Below the pieces are notes generated by a model. It searched no databases, was not told the origin of the DNA, and worked only from the letters and a program-made list of their open reading frames with translations. Positions 39,211 through 49,597 of a DNA stretch of 64,000 nt are shown one piece after another; within the stretch, counting starts at the first letter, position 1; every line of letters begins with the position of its first letter. A program made the position numbers and the translations under genes. The stretch is from Candidatus Komeilibacteria bacterium. GTDB taxonomy: Bacteria; Patescibacteriota; Patescibacteriia; UBA1558. The stretch spans positions 264,013-328,012 of the forward strand of contig JBLYPX010000001.1 in assembly GCA_048538235.1 (NCBI GenBank). The letters run 5' to 3'.

Positions 39211-40452
39211 ATGGAATGTGGTTTATCTTTATCGCAGGAGATTAAGCAAGAGCTGTCTCCAGAGCAGGCGCTGGAATTGAAGCTCTCTTTATCTCAGGAA
39301 TTAAGCCTGGACATGATAGAGCTTTTGGATGAATCAGATGACAATCCAGAGGCTACATTAGATATTGTTTTGCAGCAAGTTTGTAAAGCAATAGATAGTG
39401 AAGAGTTGCGAGAGGCTTTTCAGACAGTTTTTGGTCTCAATCTTCTTAGGGAGATTTTAATCAAAGATCATTTGGAATTATCTGTTTATTCAGAGAGTTC
39501 TATTCGTAGTACTGTTGTCAATTTTTTTGCGAAGATGTATAAGGATGGTTTTCCAGACTTATCGTCTTCAGGGAATAAATTGCACGATAAAGTACCTGAA
39601 GGTCTTGTCATCAAAGTGTTTAGTCAAGGCAGGGAGCAGAGTGAGAGAGATCTTAATTTTCTTAAAGAAACATTGAAATCTCAAACCGATTACAGAGGCA
39701 CGATGGAGGCATTTAATGAGTTATCTAACGCCATAAAGATTTTTGATCAGTATTCTGTTCAGGTAGATAATATGTGCAATATCATATTACATGCCTGTCA
39801 GGTTCATAATCAAATCTTAATCAGCTTCTTTCGTGACTTGGTGATGATCAAGCAACTGAATTTTCTGTTCGCAGAAAAGATCCAGAAGAGATTTGTTAAG
39901 AAATTTCGTCAGATCAGAAGATTTGACAGTACAGATTCTCTGGCAAATCATATGCTTAACACTATCAGTGAATATGTCCTAGTGGGCATGGGCATTGTTA
40001 GTCCCAAACTGTTTAGCTTAAGAGTCTTCCAGCAGGATCCTCAATATTTAAAAGATATTGATGAGAAGTTGGAAAAATCTGGTTTAACAGCAAAGCAATT
40101 GCTTCAGCATTACAACCTGCAAACTACTGGTACGGTTTTCTTTCACCGCTGGCATGTACTTGGTCATAAACTGACGCGCATAACAGATAATCTTATACGT
40201 TTGTTTATGACAAAGACTGTTCGTCAATGTGCCGATGAATTATTAACAGCGCTTGACTTCGAATCTTTGATTGAAGAAATTAAAGATTTGCAAGGGCAGA
40301 AATTAAAACCGACAGATTTGGATGTTGGTATTCGTGAGTTATTGGTTAAGTCTTTTACTAAGAAAAGCTTTCTTAGGTTAATAAAAGGTAAGATCAAGAC
40401 TGACTGGTACAGACATCTAGTCATATTCCTCAGAGAAGCTCCTACAAGTTAG
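39211..40452 (+). CDS. Hypothetical helical protein (orphan cassette)
   Basis: 413-aa ORF with own TTGACA promoter (39144) and GGGAGG SD. Confidence 0.8.
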   Translation: MECGLSLSQEIKQELSPEQALELKLSLSQELSLDMIELLDESDDNPEATLDIVLQQVCKAIDSEELREAFQTVFGLNLLREILIKDHLELSVYSESSIRSTVVNFFAKMYKDGFPDLSSSGNKLHDKVPEGLVIKVFSQGREQSERDLNFLKETLKSQTDYRGTMEAFNELSNAIKIFDQYSVQVDNMCNIILHACQVHNQILISFFRDLVMIKQLNFLFAEKIQKRFVKKFRQIRRFDSTDSLANHMLNTISEYVLVGMGIVSPKLFSLRVFQQDPQYLKDIDEKLEKSGLTAKQLLQHYNLQTTGTVFFHRWHVLGHKLTRITDNLIRLFMTKTVRQCADELLTALDFESLIEEIKDLQGQKLKPTDLDVGIRELLVKSFTKKSFLRLIKGKIKTDWYRHLVIFLREAPTS

Positions 40453-40494
40453 GGGCTTCTTTTTTTTACAGTGATTTGGTAAAATATATAAACT

Positions 40495-41751
40495 ATGAAA
40501 GTACAGACAGTTTGGAAACAAAGAAAGCTAAATTCATATAAAGGATATGTAAAAATAGCTGCAATTGGATCAGTTGTAGTTGTTTTTTTGCTAGCCGTAA
40601 TATTTATTCCTAAACTATTTAAGAGTAGTAGTGATGTTGTTGAGCAAGTAGAAGCAAGAGTGGTAGATAAAAAGGTTGAAGTTGAGATAAATACAGGGGA
40701 CACTTATGGAATAATTATGGAGAATAATTCTGTACCAGCTTCTATTGCTACTGAAATATATAATAAGTCACTAGAATATTACGATTTAGCAACAATTAGA
40801 GCTGGTAAGAAATTAGATTTCTATTATGATGGCAAAACAGATGAATTTATAAGGCTTGAGTACAAATTAGATTCAGAAGAGGAGCTTATAGTTGCTAAGA
40901 ATTTATCTACTACCGGAGAGGGTGAGTGGATGGTTACCAGACAATTAATTCCTTATGATGTTAAGGAAAAAGCTGTTGCTGGTGAAGTTAAATCATCTAT
41001 GTATCAAGCTGCATTAGATAATGATATTGATGAGAGAGCTATTATTGAGCTTGCTAATGCTTTCCAGTGGTCAATAGATTTTGCAATGGATCCAAGAGTA
41101 GGTGATACATTTAAATTTGTATTTGAAGAAAGATACTTAGATGGAGAATATATAATGCCGGGCAAAGTATTAGCTGGTCAATATATAAATGCTGGAACTA
41201 AGTATGAGTTATTCTACTTTGAGGAGAGTGAAGATAATAAAGGATATTTTGACACAGATGGTAATTCAGTTCAAAAGATGTTCTTAAAAGCACCGGTTGA
41301 GTTTAGATATATTTCATCTGGGTTTACAACTGGTAGTCGCTATGTAGCTGCTTTTAATGTTTCTACTGGCCATAGAGCTATAGATTATGCAACACCATAT
41401 GGTACTCCAATTAGATCTGTAGGTGATGGTACAGTTGTTTTTGCTGGTTGGAGTAGTGTTGGTTACGGCAATTTAGTAAGTATTAGGCATAATAGTACCT
41501 ATTCGACAAATTATGCTCACCAATCTAGAATAATAGTAAGGTATGGTCAAAAAGTTAAACAGGGTGAGGTTATTGGTTATGTTGGTTCAACAGGATTTTC
41601 AACTGGTCCGCATTTACATTATGAGATGGTAAAGAATGGTGTAAAGATAAATCCAATGTATGAGGTATTACCACCGGGTAAACCAATTTTAGATGAGAAT
41701 AGAGACAGATTTGAAGAAGTTATTAATAAATACAGGGAAGTGTTAGAATAG
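40495..41751 (+). CDS. M23 family peptidoglycan DD-endopeptidase
   Basis: HRAIDY, YGN, YAH, STGPHLHYE; N-terminal TM. Confidence 0.92.
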   Translation: MKVQTVWKQRKLNSYKGYVKIAAIGSVVVVFLLAVIFIPKLFKSSSDVVEQVEARVVDKKVEVEINTGDTYGIIMENNSVPASIATEIYNKSLEYYDLATIRAGKKLDFYYDGKTDEFIRLEYKLDSEEELIVAKNLSTTGEGEWMVTRQLIPYDVKEKAVAGEVKSSMYQAALDNDIDERAIIELANAFQWSIDFAMDPRVGDTFKFVFEERYLDGEYIMPGKVLAGQYINAGTKYELFYFEESEDNKGYFDTDGNSVQKMFLKAPVEFRYISSGFTTGSRYVAAFNVSTGHRAIDYATPYGTPIRSVGDGTVVFAGWSSVGYGNLVSIRHNSTYSTNYAHQSRIIVRYGQKVKQGEVIGYVGSTGFSTGPHLHYEMVKNGVKINPMYEVLPPGKPILDENRDRFEEVINKYREVLE

Positions 41752-41758
41752 AATTATA

Positions 41759-42337
41759 ATGAATATCATTAATACAATTTTAAAAGCAGGTAAGCTAGTA
41801 TTTAAAAATACAAGATATATTATTACTGGAATAATATTTGCCTTTTTGGTTTATATGCTATCTGTCATAACAAACAAGTCTGGATTTATTAATTTTACTA
41901 TAAAGTCAGACATGTTTAACTTTTTTACCAGAATAAAATTAATTACATCCTCGTTGTTTTCAATTGAGACTAATTTTACTTCTTCCTTATCTTTTTGGGT
42001 GATTGTATTGGTTGCTATTGTAGCTGGTATTAATATTGCTATGCTCGTATATTTATTAAGAAGGCAAGCAAAGGCTACTAAAGAAGCGGGTGCTAGTTTT
42101 TTTGGAATAGTTGCTGGTATGATAGGAATAGGTTGTGCAGCGTGCGGTTCAGTCATTCTAACTACACTGTTTGGTTTAGGTTTTACAGCTTCCCTTATTT
42201 CTTTTCTACCTCTTGATGGTGCAGAGTTTATGATCTTAGCTTTGCTAGCTATGATTATCTCTGTATATTATGTAAGTAAAAAAATAGTTAATCCAATGGT
42301 TTGTAAGCCTAAAAGAGCGTCAGAAATGATTGAATAG
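41759..42337 (+). CDS. Four-TM membrane protein with intramembrane CxxC
   Basis: GIGCAACGS inside a hydrophobic segment. Confidence 0.75.
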   Translation: MNIINTILKAGKLVFKNTRYIITGIIFAFLVYMLSVITNKSGFINFTIKSDMFNFFTRIKLITSSLFSIETNFTSSLSFWVIVLVAIVAGINIAMLVYLLRRQAKATKEAGASFFGIVAGMIGIGCAACGSVILTTLFGLGFTASLISFLPLDGAEFMILALLAMIISVYYVSKKIVNPMVCKPKRASEMIE

Positions 42338-42460
42338 GTATAAATGTATAGATTTTACGTAAACGAGCTAAATAGCTCGTTTTTTTTGCTAAAAAGTGGT
42401 AAAATATATACAGAAGTGGTAATATATTATACCTATATTATTTAAGATATTTAAAATTAT

Positions 42461-44116
42461 ATGACAAAGAAGAAGATTATTTGGATTTCCATTATTGCCA
42501 TTATTTTGGTAATAATTTTAGGATCTGTTTTTGGAGGGGGAGATAAACAAGAACAATATGTAACAGAAGAGGCTGGTATTAAAGATTTAGTTAAAACTGT
42601 TTCAGCTACAGGTTCAGTAGAGTCTGCAGATGAGATAGACTTAAGTTTTTCTAATAGTGGAAGAATTAGTCGTATTAATGTTACCGTTGGTGATGAAGTT
42701 AAAGTTGGACAAACATTAGCTCAGCTTAACACTGCATCTGTTAGCGCAGATGTTGCTAATGCTAATGCAAGTGTAGCAGCAGCTCAGGCAGATTTAGATC
42801 AAGTACTTGCTGGTGCATCATCTGAAGATGTAGCAGTTACCGAGCAGCAATTAGTTCAAGCTCAAGTTAGTTTAACTCAAGCTAAAACTAGTTTGGATAA
42901 TTTGATTAAAGAAAGAGATGATAAACTATCTACTTACAGAGAAACAGCTCTTAATGCTATTGCTACTAAGAATTTTTATTCAAGAGCAGCATTAGATATT
43001 GTAAATACAATATTATCTGACACAGATGCTAAACCACTATTGTCTGTTATTAATCCGCAGTTTAAAAATCTTTGTGAGGGTAGTTATCCCTCATTAGACA
43101 ATAGATATTCAACAGTGCAAGCAGAATTAAATAGTATTACAAGTTTGTCATCCAATGACGAGATTTTAAATGGATTAGCAAACTTAATAACCTACCAGTC
43201 AGACATTGCTGGATTATTAGTTAATTCATATTTAATGCTAGAGAATAGTTTAACTGGTTCACAATTTACACAAACAGAATTAGATACATACAAAGCTAGT
43301 ATTAGAACACAGCAAACAAATCTAGACACAGCTTTAACAAGTCTGCAAACTGCTAAATCTAATTTAAGTAGTAATATTGTATATTATGAAAACCAAGTAA
43401 GAATAGCAGAAGACAATATTAATACTAAGGAAGAAGCTGTACAATTAGCTGAAGCTCAACTAGCTTTAAAGGAAGCTGGACCACGAGACTTTGAGGTGTC
43501 AATTTACCAAGCTAGATTGCAACAAGCACAAGCTACATTACAAACAGCACTAGCTAGACTTTCAGATTATATAATTAGAGCACCAATAGATGGAACTATT
43601 GTTAAAGTAGATAAAAAAGTAGGTGAACAAGCTTCACTTGCAGATACAATTATTACAATCATTGGTAAATCTAGTTATGAGATTGAAGTAGATATACCAG
43701 AGTCAGATATAGCGGATGTTAAAGTTTCAGATGAAGCAGAGATAACTTTAGATGCTTATGGTAGTTCATTGGTTTTTAATGGACATATAAGCTTCATTGA
43801 ACCAGCAGAGACTACAATATCTGATGTTGTTTACTATAAAGTAAGGGTAGCTTTTGACCTACCAGATCAGGCTATTAAACCAGGTATGACAGCTAATGTA
43901 GATGTTCTAATTGATCAGAAAGAAGGAGTTTTAGCTGTTCCAGCTAGAGCTGTATTTGAAGTAAACAATAAACAACAGATTAAAGTGCTTATAGATAATG
44001 AAGCTGTTACCAAGGAGGTGGTAACTGGTCTTAAAGACGATACAGGATATATTGAAATAATATCTGGTATAGAATTAGGAGATACTATTATTATTAGTCA
44101 GAGCAATGGACAATAA
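42461..44116 (+). CDS. Efflux periplasmic adaptor (MacA/HlyD-like)
   Basis: VSATGSV, V.VGD.V..GQ.L, IRAPIDG, PGMTA. Confidence 0.92.
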   Translation: MTKKKIIWISIIAIILVIILGSVFGGGDKQEQYVTEEAGIKDLVKTVSATGSVESADEIDLSFSNSGRISRINVTVGDEVKVGQTLAQLNTASVSADVANANASVAAAQADLDQVLAGASSEDVAVTEQQLVQAQVSLTQAKTSLDNLIKERDDKLSTYRETALNAIATKNFYSRAALDIVNTILSDTDAKPLLSVINPQFKNLCEGSYPSLDNRYSTVQAELNSITSLSSNDEILNGLANLITYQSDIAGLLVNSYLMLENSLTGSQFTQTELDTYKASIRTQQTNLDTALTSLQTAKSNLSSNIVYYENQVRIAEDNINTKEEAVQLAEAQLALKEAGPRDFEVSIYQARLQQAQATLQTALARLSDYIIRAPIDGTIVKVDKKVGEQASLADTIITIIGKSSYEIEVDIPESDIADVKVSDEAEITLDAYGSSLVFNGHISFIEPAETTISDVVYYKVRVAFDLPDQAIKPGMTANVDVLIDQKEGVLAVPARAVFEVNNKQQIKVLIDNEAVTKEVVTGLKDDTGYIEIISGIELGDTIIISQSNGQ

Positions 44117-44825
44117 ATTAATTGAAGTTCAAGACTTAAAAAAAGAGTTTGTAAATGAAGAGGTTGTAACAAAGGTTTTACATGGTTTAAACTTTTCAAT
44201 TGCTAAGGGTGAGTATTTAGCCATTATGGGGCCATCTGGTTCTGGTAAATCTACTCTAATGCATATTTTAGGATTTCTAGATAAATTAACAGGCGGTAAA
44301 TATATTTTTGACGGTCAAGATGTCACTTCCTTTAATGAAGATAAATTAGCAGCTATTCGTAATGAGGAAGTTGGCTTTGTTTTTCAACAATTTAACTTAC
44401 TGCCAAAAACTACAGTTTATGAAAATGTTAAATTACCTTTAACATATTCCACTAGACTTGATCAAGATAAATTAGCAGTAGAAGCAATTAGAGCAGTTGG
44501 TCTTGATCATCGATCAGATTTTTTATCTAATCAATTATCTGGTGGTGAAAAACAAAGAGTGGCTATAGCTAGAGCTATTGTTAATCAACCAAAGATAATA
44601 TTTGCGGATGAACCTACTGGTAATTTAGATACGAAGTCTGGTACACAGATTATGGAAATATTTGAGAAGTTGAACGATAAAGGTCATACAATTATATTAG
44701 TTACTCATGAACAAGATACAGCTAATCATGCTGACAGAATAATTAAAATACGTGATGGTCTTATTGAAAGTGATGAGAAAGTAGAAAAGAGACGTTCTGT
44801 TAAAGAAGGTGAACTTGTTAAATAA
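44106..44825 (+). CDS. ABC transporter ATP-binding protein (MacB/LolD type)
   Basis: GPSGSGKST, LSGGEKQRVAIARA, ADEPTGNLD. Confidence 0.95.
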   Translation: MDNKLIEVQDLKKEFVNEEVVTKVLHGLNFSIAKGEYLAIMGPSGSGKSTLMHILGFLDKLTGGKYIFDGQDVTSFNEDKLAAIRNEEVGFVFQQFNLLPKTTVYENVKLPLTYSTRLDQDKLAVEAIRAVGLDHRSDFLSNQLSGGEKQRVAIARAIVNQPKIIFADEPTGNLDTKSGTQIMEIFEKLNDKGHTIILVTHEQDTANHADRIIKIRDGLIESDEKVEKRRSVKEGELVK

Positions 44826-46066
44826 TGGTTATACTAAGTTTATTCAAATCTGCTTTTAAAAGTCTGAATATCAACCGATGGCGGGCTTTTTTAACAATGC
44901 TTGGAATAATTATTGGTGTTGCTGGCGTTATTATGATTTTATCTGTTGGTGCTGGTGCGCAGAGTTTAATTTTCAATCAAATTGAAAGCGCGGGTTCTAA
45001 TTTAGTATCCATATTACCAGGAGCTTCAGATGATGAAGGTCCACCAGCTTCTGCTATGGGTATTACAGTTACAACTCTTCATCTAGATGATTTAGAGGCT
45101 GTTTTAAATGATCCAAGTATGAATAATATAGTAGCTGGTGCTGGTTATGTTCAAGGAGTTGCTAATATTATTTACCAGAATCAAAAAGTAGATACAACTT
45201 TTGTCGGTACTTCTTCAACCTATCCAGAGGTAGAAAATACCGTATTAGAATCTGGTCGTTGGTATACAGATGTTGAAGACAGAAGTTTAAGCAGAGTTGT
45301 TGTTTTAGGACATCAGGTTGCAATAGATACATTTGGAGATATTGATCCTTTAAACCAGAAAATTAAAATAAAGAAAGAGATATTTAGAGTTATTGGCGTT
45401 GTTGAAGAAAGAGGAACAACTTTTTTTGGAGATTTAGATAACCAGGTATATATACCATTAAGAACTGCTCAAAAAATAATGCTGGGTATTAACCATATTA
45501 GTTCAGCTCGTTTTCAAGTAGATAAAGATGAAAATGTACCTTCAGTTATTGAAGGTGTTAAAAGAATTATTAGAGAACAGCATAATATAGATAATAGTGG
45601 GGTGGACGATTTTTCTGTTAGATCACAAGCTCAAGCTTTGGATGTTTTAGGCAGCGTAACTGGTGCTTTAAACTTTTTCTTAGCTGCCATTGCTGCTATT
45701 GCTTTATTGGTTGGCGGTGTTGGTATTATGAATATAATGCTTGTATCTGTGACAGAAAGAACAGCTGAGATAGGACTAAGAAAGGCAGTTGGTGCAAAAC
45801 CAAGAGTAATAATTATACAGTTTCTTGTTGAGGCTATTACCATCACATTCTTAGGCGGAGCTATTGGTATTATTGTTGGAGCTTTTGTTGCCGGTCTTAT
45901 TGCCATTGTGGCTAATTACTTAGGTTATTATTGGGAATATATTGTCAGTTTTACTTCAATTATTTTAAGTGTTGGTATAGCTGTTGCTATTGGAATATTT
46001 TTTGGGCTTTATCCAGCCATTAAAGCAGCCAAACTAAATCCGGTTGAAGCATTAAGATATGAATAA
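44825..46066 (+). CDS. ABC transporter permease (MacB/FtsX)
   Basis: LTMLGIIIG, GGVGIMNIM.VSV.ERT.EIG.RKAVGA, PVEALRYE. Confidence 0.93.
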   Translation: MVILSLFKSAFKSLNINRWRAFLTMLGIIIGVAGVIMILSVGAGAQSLIFNQIESAGSNLVSILPGASDDEGPPASAMGITVTTLHLDDLEAVLNDPSMNNIVAGAGYVQGVANIIYQNQKVDTTFVGTSSTYPEVENTVLESGRWYTDVEDRSLSRVVVLGHQVAIDTFGDIDPLNQKIKIKKEIFRVIGVVEERGTTFFGDLDNQVYIPLRTAQKIMLGINHISSARFQVDKDENVPSVIEGVKRIIREQHNIDNSGVDDFSVRSQAQALDVLGSVTGALNFFLAAIAAIALLVGGVGIMNIMLVSVTERTAEIGLRKAVGAKPRVIIIQFLVEAITITFLGGAIGIIVGAFVAGLIAIVANYLGYYWEYIVSFTSIILSVGIAVAIGIFFGLYPAIKAAKLNPVEALRYE

Positions 46067-47320
46067 ATGAACATAATTTTTCCTGTTAAAACTGCATACT
46101 TGGCATTAAGTAAACATAAAGTAAGAACAGCTTTAACTGTTCTTGGTATGGTTATTGGTATTGGAGCAGTAATTATGGTGATGGCAGCAGGTGAGGGAAT
46201 TAAGAATTATGTTACAGATCAAATCTCTAGTTTTGGAACGAATATTATTCAAGTTGAAGTTAAAACACCAAATGTTGGTAAAACATCTGTTCAGAATGCA
46301 ACTTCAATGGCTCAGGGTTTAACCATAACTACTTTAACAATGGAAGACGCGGAGGCTTTATCTAAATTATCTTATGTAGAAAAAGTAAACGTTGGATTAA
46401 TTGGTCAAGAAGTATTTAATTATGAAGGTAATACTAAAACAGCATTAATATTTGGTACTGATCAGAACTTTCTAGATGTATACAATATGTCTATTGCTAA
46501 GGGGTATTTTATTGATGAGTCACAAGTAGATAGTCAGGCTAGGGTAGTTGTGCTAGGAATAAAGATGAAAGAAAAACTATTTGGTGAATCTGAAGCAGTT
46601 GGTAAAAACGTAAAGATACGTAATAAGAACTATAGGGTAATAGGTGTTTTACAAGAAAAAGGAATATATTTTGGCATGGATATGGATACCATTACTATTA
46701 TTCCAGTAACTACTATTCAAAAGCAATTAATGGGAGTAGACCATATTTCATATGCTATGAGCTGGCTAAAGGATGATTCATACATTGAAAGAGGTATAGA
46801 TGAGTTTACAGAGATTCTAAGATCACGTCATAATATTGAAGAGCGTAATCCAGATAAATATGACTTTTCTGTAACTTCTATGCAAGAAGCTATGAGTATG
46901 ATGGATTCAATCTTGGGAGGTATTAGTTTGCTATTGATTGCTATTGCGAGTATTTCTTTAATAGTTGGTGGTGTTGGTATTATGAATATTATGTATGTGT
47001 CTGTTTCAGAAAGAACATATGAAATAGGTTTAAGAAAAGCAGTTGGTGCTACCAGTAAAAATATTATGAACCAATTTTTAATTGAGTCAGCTTTAATAAC
47101 TTTTGGAGGGGCCATTGTCGGTGTTGGTATAGGCGCCTTGCTTGCTTATCTAACAGCTATCATTGCTCAATCACAGGGCATAGCTTGGAGATTTAGCCTG
47201 CCACCAGAATCCATATTAATATCTGTAGGTGTAGCTGTAGCTATTGGTTTAGTCTTTGGATTGTATCCTGCTAAGCAGGCTGCTAAATTAGATCCAATAG
47301 AAGCTCTTAGACAAAATTAG
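46067..47320 (+). CDS. ABC transporter permease (MacB/FtsX), second paralog
   Basis: Same motifs as the preceding permease. Confidence 0.93.
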   Translation: MNIIFPVKTAYLALSKHKVRTALTVLGMVIGIGAVIMVMAAGEGIKNYVTDQISSFGTNIIQVEVKTPNVGKTSVQNATSMAQGLTITTLTMEDAEALSKLSYVEKVNVGLIGQEVFNYEGNTKTALIFGTDQNFLDVYNMSIAKGYFIDESQVDSQARVVVLGIKMKEKLFGESEAVGKNVKIRNKNYRVIGVLQEKGIYFGMDMDTITIIPVTTIQKQLMGVDHISYAMSWLKDDSYIERGIDEFTEILRSRHNIEERNPDKYDFSVTSMQEAMSMMDSILGGISLLLIAIASISLIVGGVGIMNIMYVSVSERTYEIGLRKAVGATSKNIMNQFLIESALITFGGAIVGVGIGALLAYLTAIIAQSQGIAWRFSLPPESILISVGVAVAIGLVFGLYPAKQAAKLDPIEALRQN

Positions 47321-47358
47321 TTGCTAGATACATAATTTGAATATATAATGTTGCTGTT

Positions 47359-47898
47359 ATGCAATTAGAAATAGAAATGAAAGCTAAGATTAAAAACAAG
47401 AAGCGCTTACTAAATAAGTTTGCGCTTTTAGGAATACATAATAAAAATAAGAAGCATTTTGTAGATATATATTTCTCTCCAAAGAATGGCAAAAGATTTA
47501 TTAGTTTTAAATCTCCACGTTTAAGAGTTAGAAAAGATTTAACTTCGGGCACAGCTAGTTTTGAGTACCATTTACCATCAGGTATATATGGTGGCAGAGA
47601 AAGTGAAGTTCAAATATCTGATGGAGATATGATGGATGTAATTTTAAAACATTTAGATTTTATTGAAGAGGTGAGAGTAGATAAAGTTAGAAGCTATTAT
47701 GAGTACAGACATTTCAATATTTTTATTGATGAGGTGAAAGATCTGGGTAGTTTTATTGAAGTCGAGATTATGAATGCTGCAAATAGAAAAACAGCAACTA
47801 AACAGATTAAACAATTAATGGGAGATCTGGGTGTAAGAAGAGATATTATACAAGACTGGTATTGGCGGATGATGCTGAAGAAAAAGAAATTAATATAA
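47359..47898 (+). CDS. CYTH domain protein (class IV adenylate cyclase-like)
   Basis: EIEMK (ExExK), LRVR, K.R, D.V..LG.FIEVE. Confidence 0.88.
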   Translation: MQLEIEMKAKIKNKKRLLNKFALLGIHNKNKKHFVDIYFSPKNGKRFISFKSPRLRVRKDLTSGTASFEYHLPSGIYGGRESEVQISDGDMMDVILKHLDFIEEVRVDKVRSYYEYRHFNIFIDEVKDLGSFIEVEIMNAANRKTATKQIKQLMGDLGVRRDIIQDWYWRMMLKKKKLI

Positions 47899-47911
47899 TT
47901 TAAAACCCCTG

Positions 47912-48265
47912 TTAAGTTTTAACAGGGGTTTTGCTTAAATAGGCGTTTAATTTGGCTGTGTTTTTTTCAGATAGTCTTTGAACGATAACACCACCGCATT
48001 GCTCATTACCTTCGATAAATGAGCCTACTTCTTCAAAAGCATTAAGGATACTGCGTGCATCCTCAGGAGTTGTTCCAAAGCTCTCAAAGTGTTCAATGTG
48101 AGCTGTTGAACCCTTAAGAAGAGAATTTAGTATGCGAGCACTAACTTTTTCTTGAAGTGTAGTTTCGCTCTCAAATTTCTTCAGCAGCTCTTGATAGGGA
48201 ACAGCATGTTCTCCGGTTGGTGTGAAAAATATCATAATGTTAAAGGCAGCTCGTTTTACAGACAT
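47912..48265 (-). CDS. Hypothetical protein (cassette 1 of four)
   Basis: AAGGAGA SD; TTGACA-17-TAAGAT promoter. Confidence 0.7.
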   Translation of the reverse strand: MSVKRAAFNIMIFFTPTGEHAVPYQELLKKFESETTLQEKVSARILNSLLKGSTAHIEHFESFGTTPEDARSILNAFEEVGSFIEGNEQCGGVIVQRLSEKNTAKLNAYLSKTPVKT

Positions 48266-48367
48266 ATTATCTCCTTGTTTCTAATGTGCTAGTTGTTTAG
48301 AGCATCTTATACTGTATTGCTAATTGTGTCAATTTTAAACCCCACTATTTCTAGCGGGGTTATTTGT

Positions 48368-48694
48368 TTACGCATTATGCGTTTCTGGTAATCCGGTAAG
48401 GATTGAGTTTGGAGCAATTGTTTTCAGCGTGATTGCAATCTCGTTCCATGCTTGAATTGTTTGATTACGCAAAACAGATTGTTCTGTATTGTCGTGAATA
48501 AACTCATTAGCCTTTACACCAGGGAAGCCTTCTTTCATTTTCCGGTTGTCAATCAAGGCCATAAGGATATTTGATTGTAAACCAGCTATCGGATTAGCTT
48601 TGGATGTAAGCGCGTACAACAAAGCTTGTAATTGCAAAATATCTTTAGATTTTGCATCAGCCTTCAACATAATAAAATCAGTTCGAACAGTCAT
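48368..48694 (-). CDS. Hypothetical protein (cassette 2; probable paralog of cassette 1)
   Basis: AAGGAGA SD; TTGACA-17-TATACT; downstream hairpin. Confidence 0.7.
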   Translation of the reverse strand: MTVRTDFIMLKADAKSKDILQLQALLYALTSKANPIAGLQSNILMALIDNRKMKEGFPGVKANEFIHDNTEQSVLRNQTIQAWNEIAITLKTIAPNSILTGLPETHNA

Positions 48695-48815
48695 TTATTC
48701 TCCTTTTTTGAAATGAACAATAATTTGGGTTGACTCAGTATACATTAATTATTGTTAAGTGTCAATGGTAAATGAAAGTCCCCAGCTACTTTCGTAGTGG
48801 GGACTTGAGTTTTCA

Positions 48816-49058
48816 TCACATTATGTGATGACAGTGTGGACACTCATCATCTTTTTGGAACTGAGTGTTGTCCTCATTGGCAATGCCACAGTTCGGACAA
48901 TGAACACCATAAGTGGTGGGATGTACATGGGTTCTGTTTGCAGCCATACGGAGATCGAGTTCAGTTATTGAATGGCCATTCAGACAGACATCGCCAACCT
49001 GAAATGATGAACCACCTTTTTTAGCAACACCGCAACCGGTGCGTGGACAATGAAGCAT
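48816..49058 (-). CDS. Double zinc-ribbon-like mini-protein (cassette 3)
   Basis: Two HCP..CG.A....FQ..D.C..H units; AAGGAGG SD; TTGACA-17-TATCAT. Confidence 0.7.
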   Translation of the reverse strand: MLHCPRTGCGVAKKGGSSFQVGDVCLNGHSITELDLRMAANRTHVHPTTYGVHCPNCGIANEDNTQFQKDDECPHCHHIM

Positions 49059-49231
49059 ATAGCCTCCTTGGTTTGTGATTTTATTTATAGATGTTAATTT
49101 ACGTTTAATACTTACTATGATAGCATACTTTTAGTATTTTGTCAAGAGGTAAAATATGGTAACAAAAAACCCCTTAACTGTGGTATAAAACCAGTTAAGG
49201 GGCAATGATTCCATGTTTCAATTTATGTCTC

Positions 49232-49597
49232 CTAGCTTAGCATTATTCTTAATGCTGCTTCTGGGTCTAGAAATAACATTAGCTCTGCAACAGCTGACTG
49301 TTGACGCTCTAATGTAACTCCTGGTTGCCTTTCATTAAATAGTTCAGTAAATGAAATAGTATTGTGTTGTGAAATATTTCCATTTATACTGAAACTTTGA
49401 TACGGTGTAGCGGACTTACATAATGCAGACTGGAATGATTCCCAGCCAGATTGAGCAGTTGTATCCAAATCAGCAATCAATACAAAACCAGCAGATTTTA
49501 GTATAGCTGACTGAAATAAATTCCAGCCATCTATAGCTTGTCCATCAAGTTCATGTATCGGTAAAAGAAATGGATCAGAGCCTACCAATTGTAACAT
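49232..49597 (-). CDS. Hypothetical protein with internal repeat (cassette 4)
   Basis: GW..FQSA..KSA occurs twice; GGAGGTG SD. Confidence 0.65.
   Translation of the reverse strand: MLQLVGSDPFLLPIHELDGQAIDGWNLFQSAILKSAGFVLIADLDTTAQSGWESFQSALCKSATPYQSFSINGNISQHNTISFTELFNERQPGVTLERQQSAVAELMLFLDPEAALRIMLS

Noticed and set aside
42394-42428. AAGTGGTAA direct repeat upstream of the MacA-like gene as an operator
   Set aside because: Adequately explained as tandem extended -10-like elements; only two short copies
44825-47320. Tandem MacB permeases as a novelty
   Set aside because: Two-permease MacAB-type operons are common
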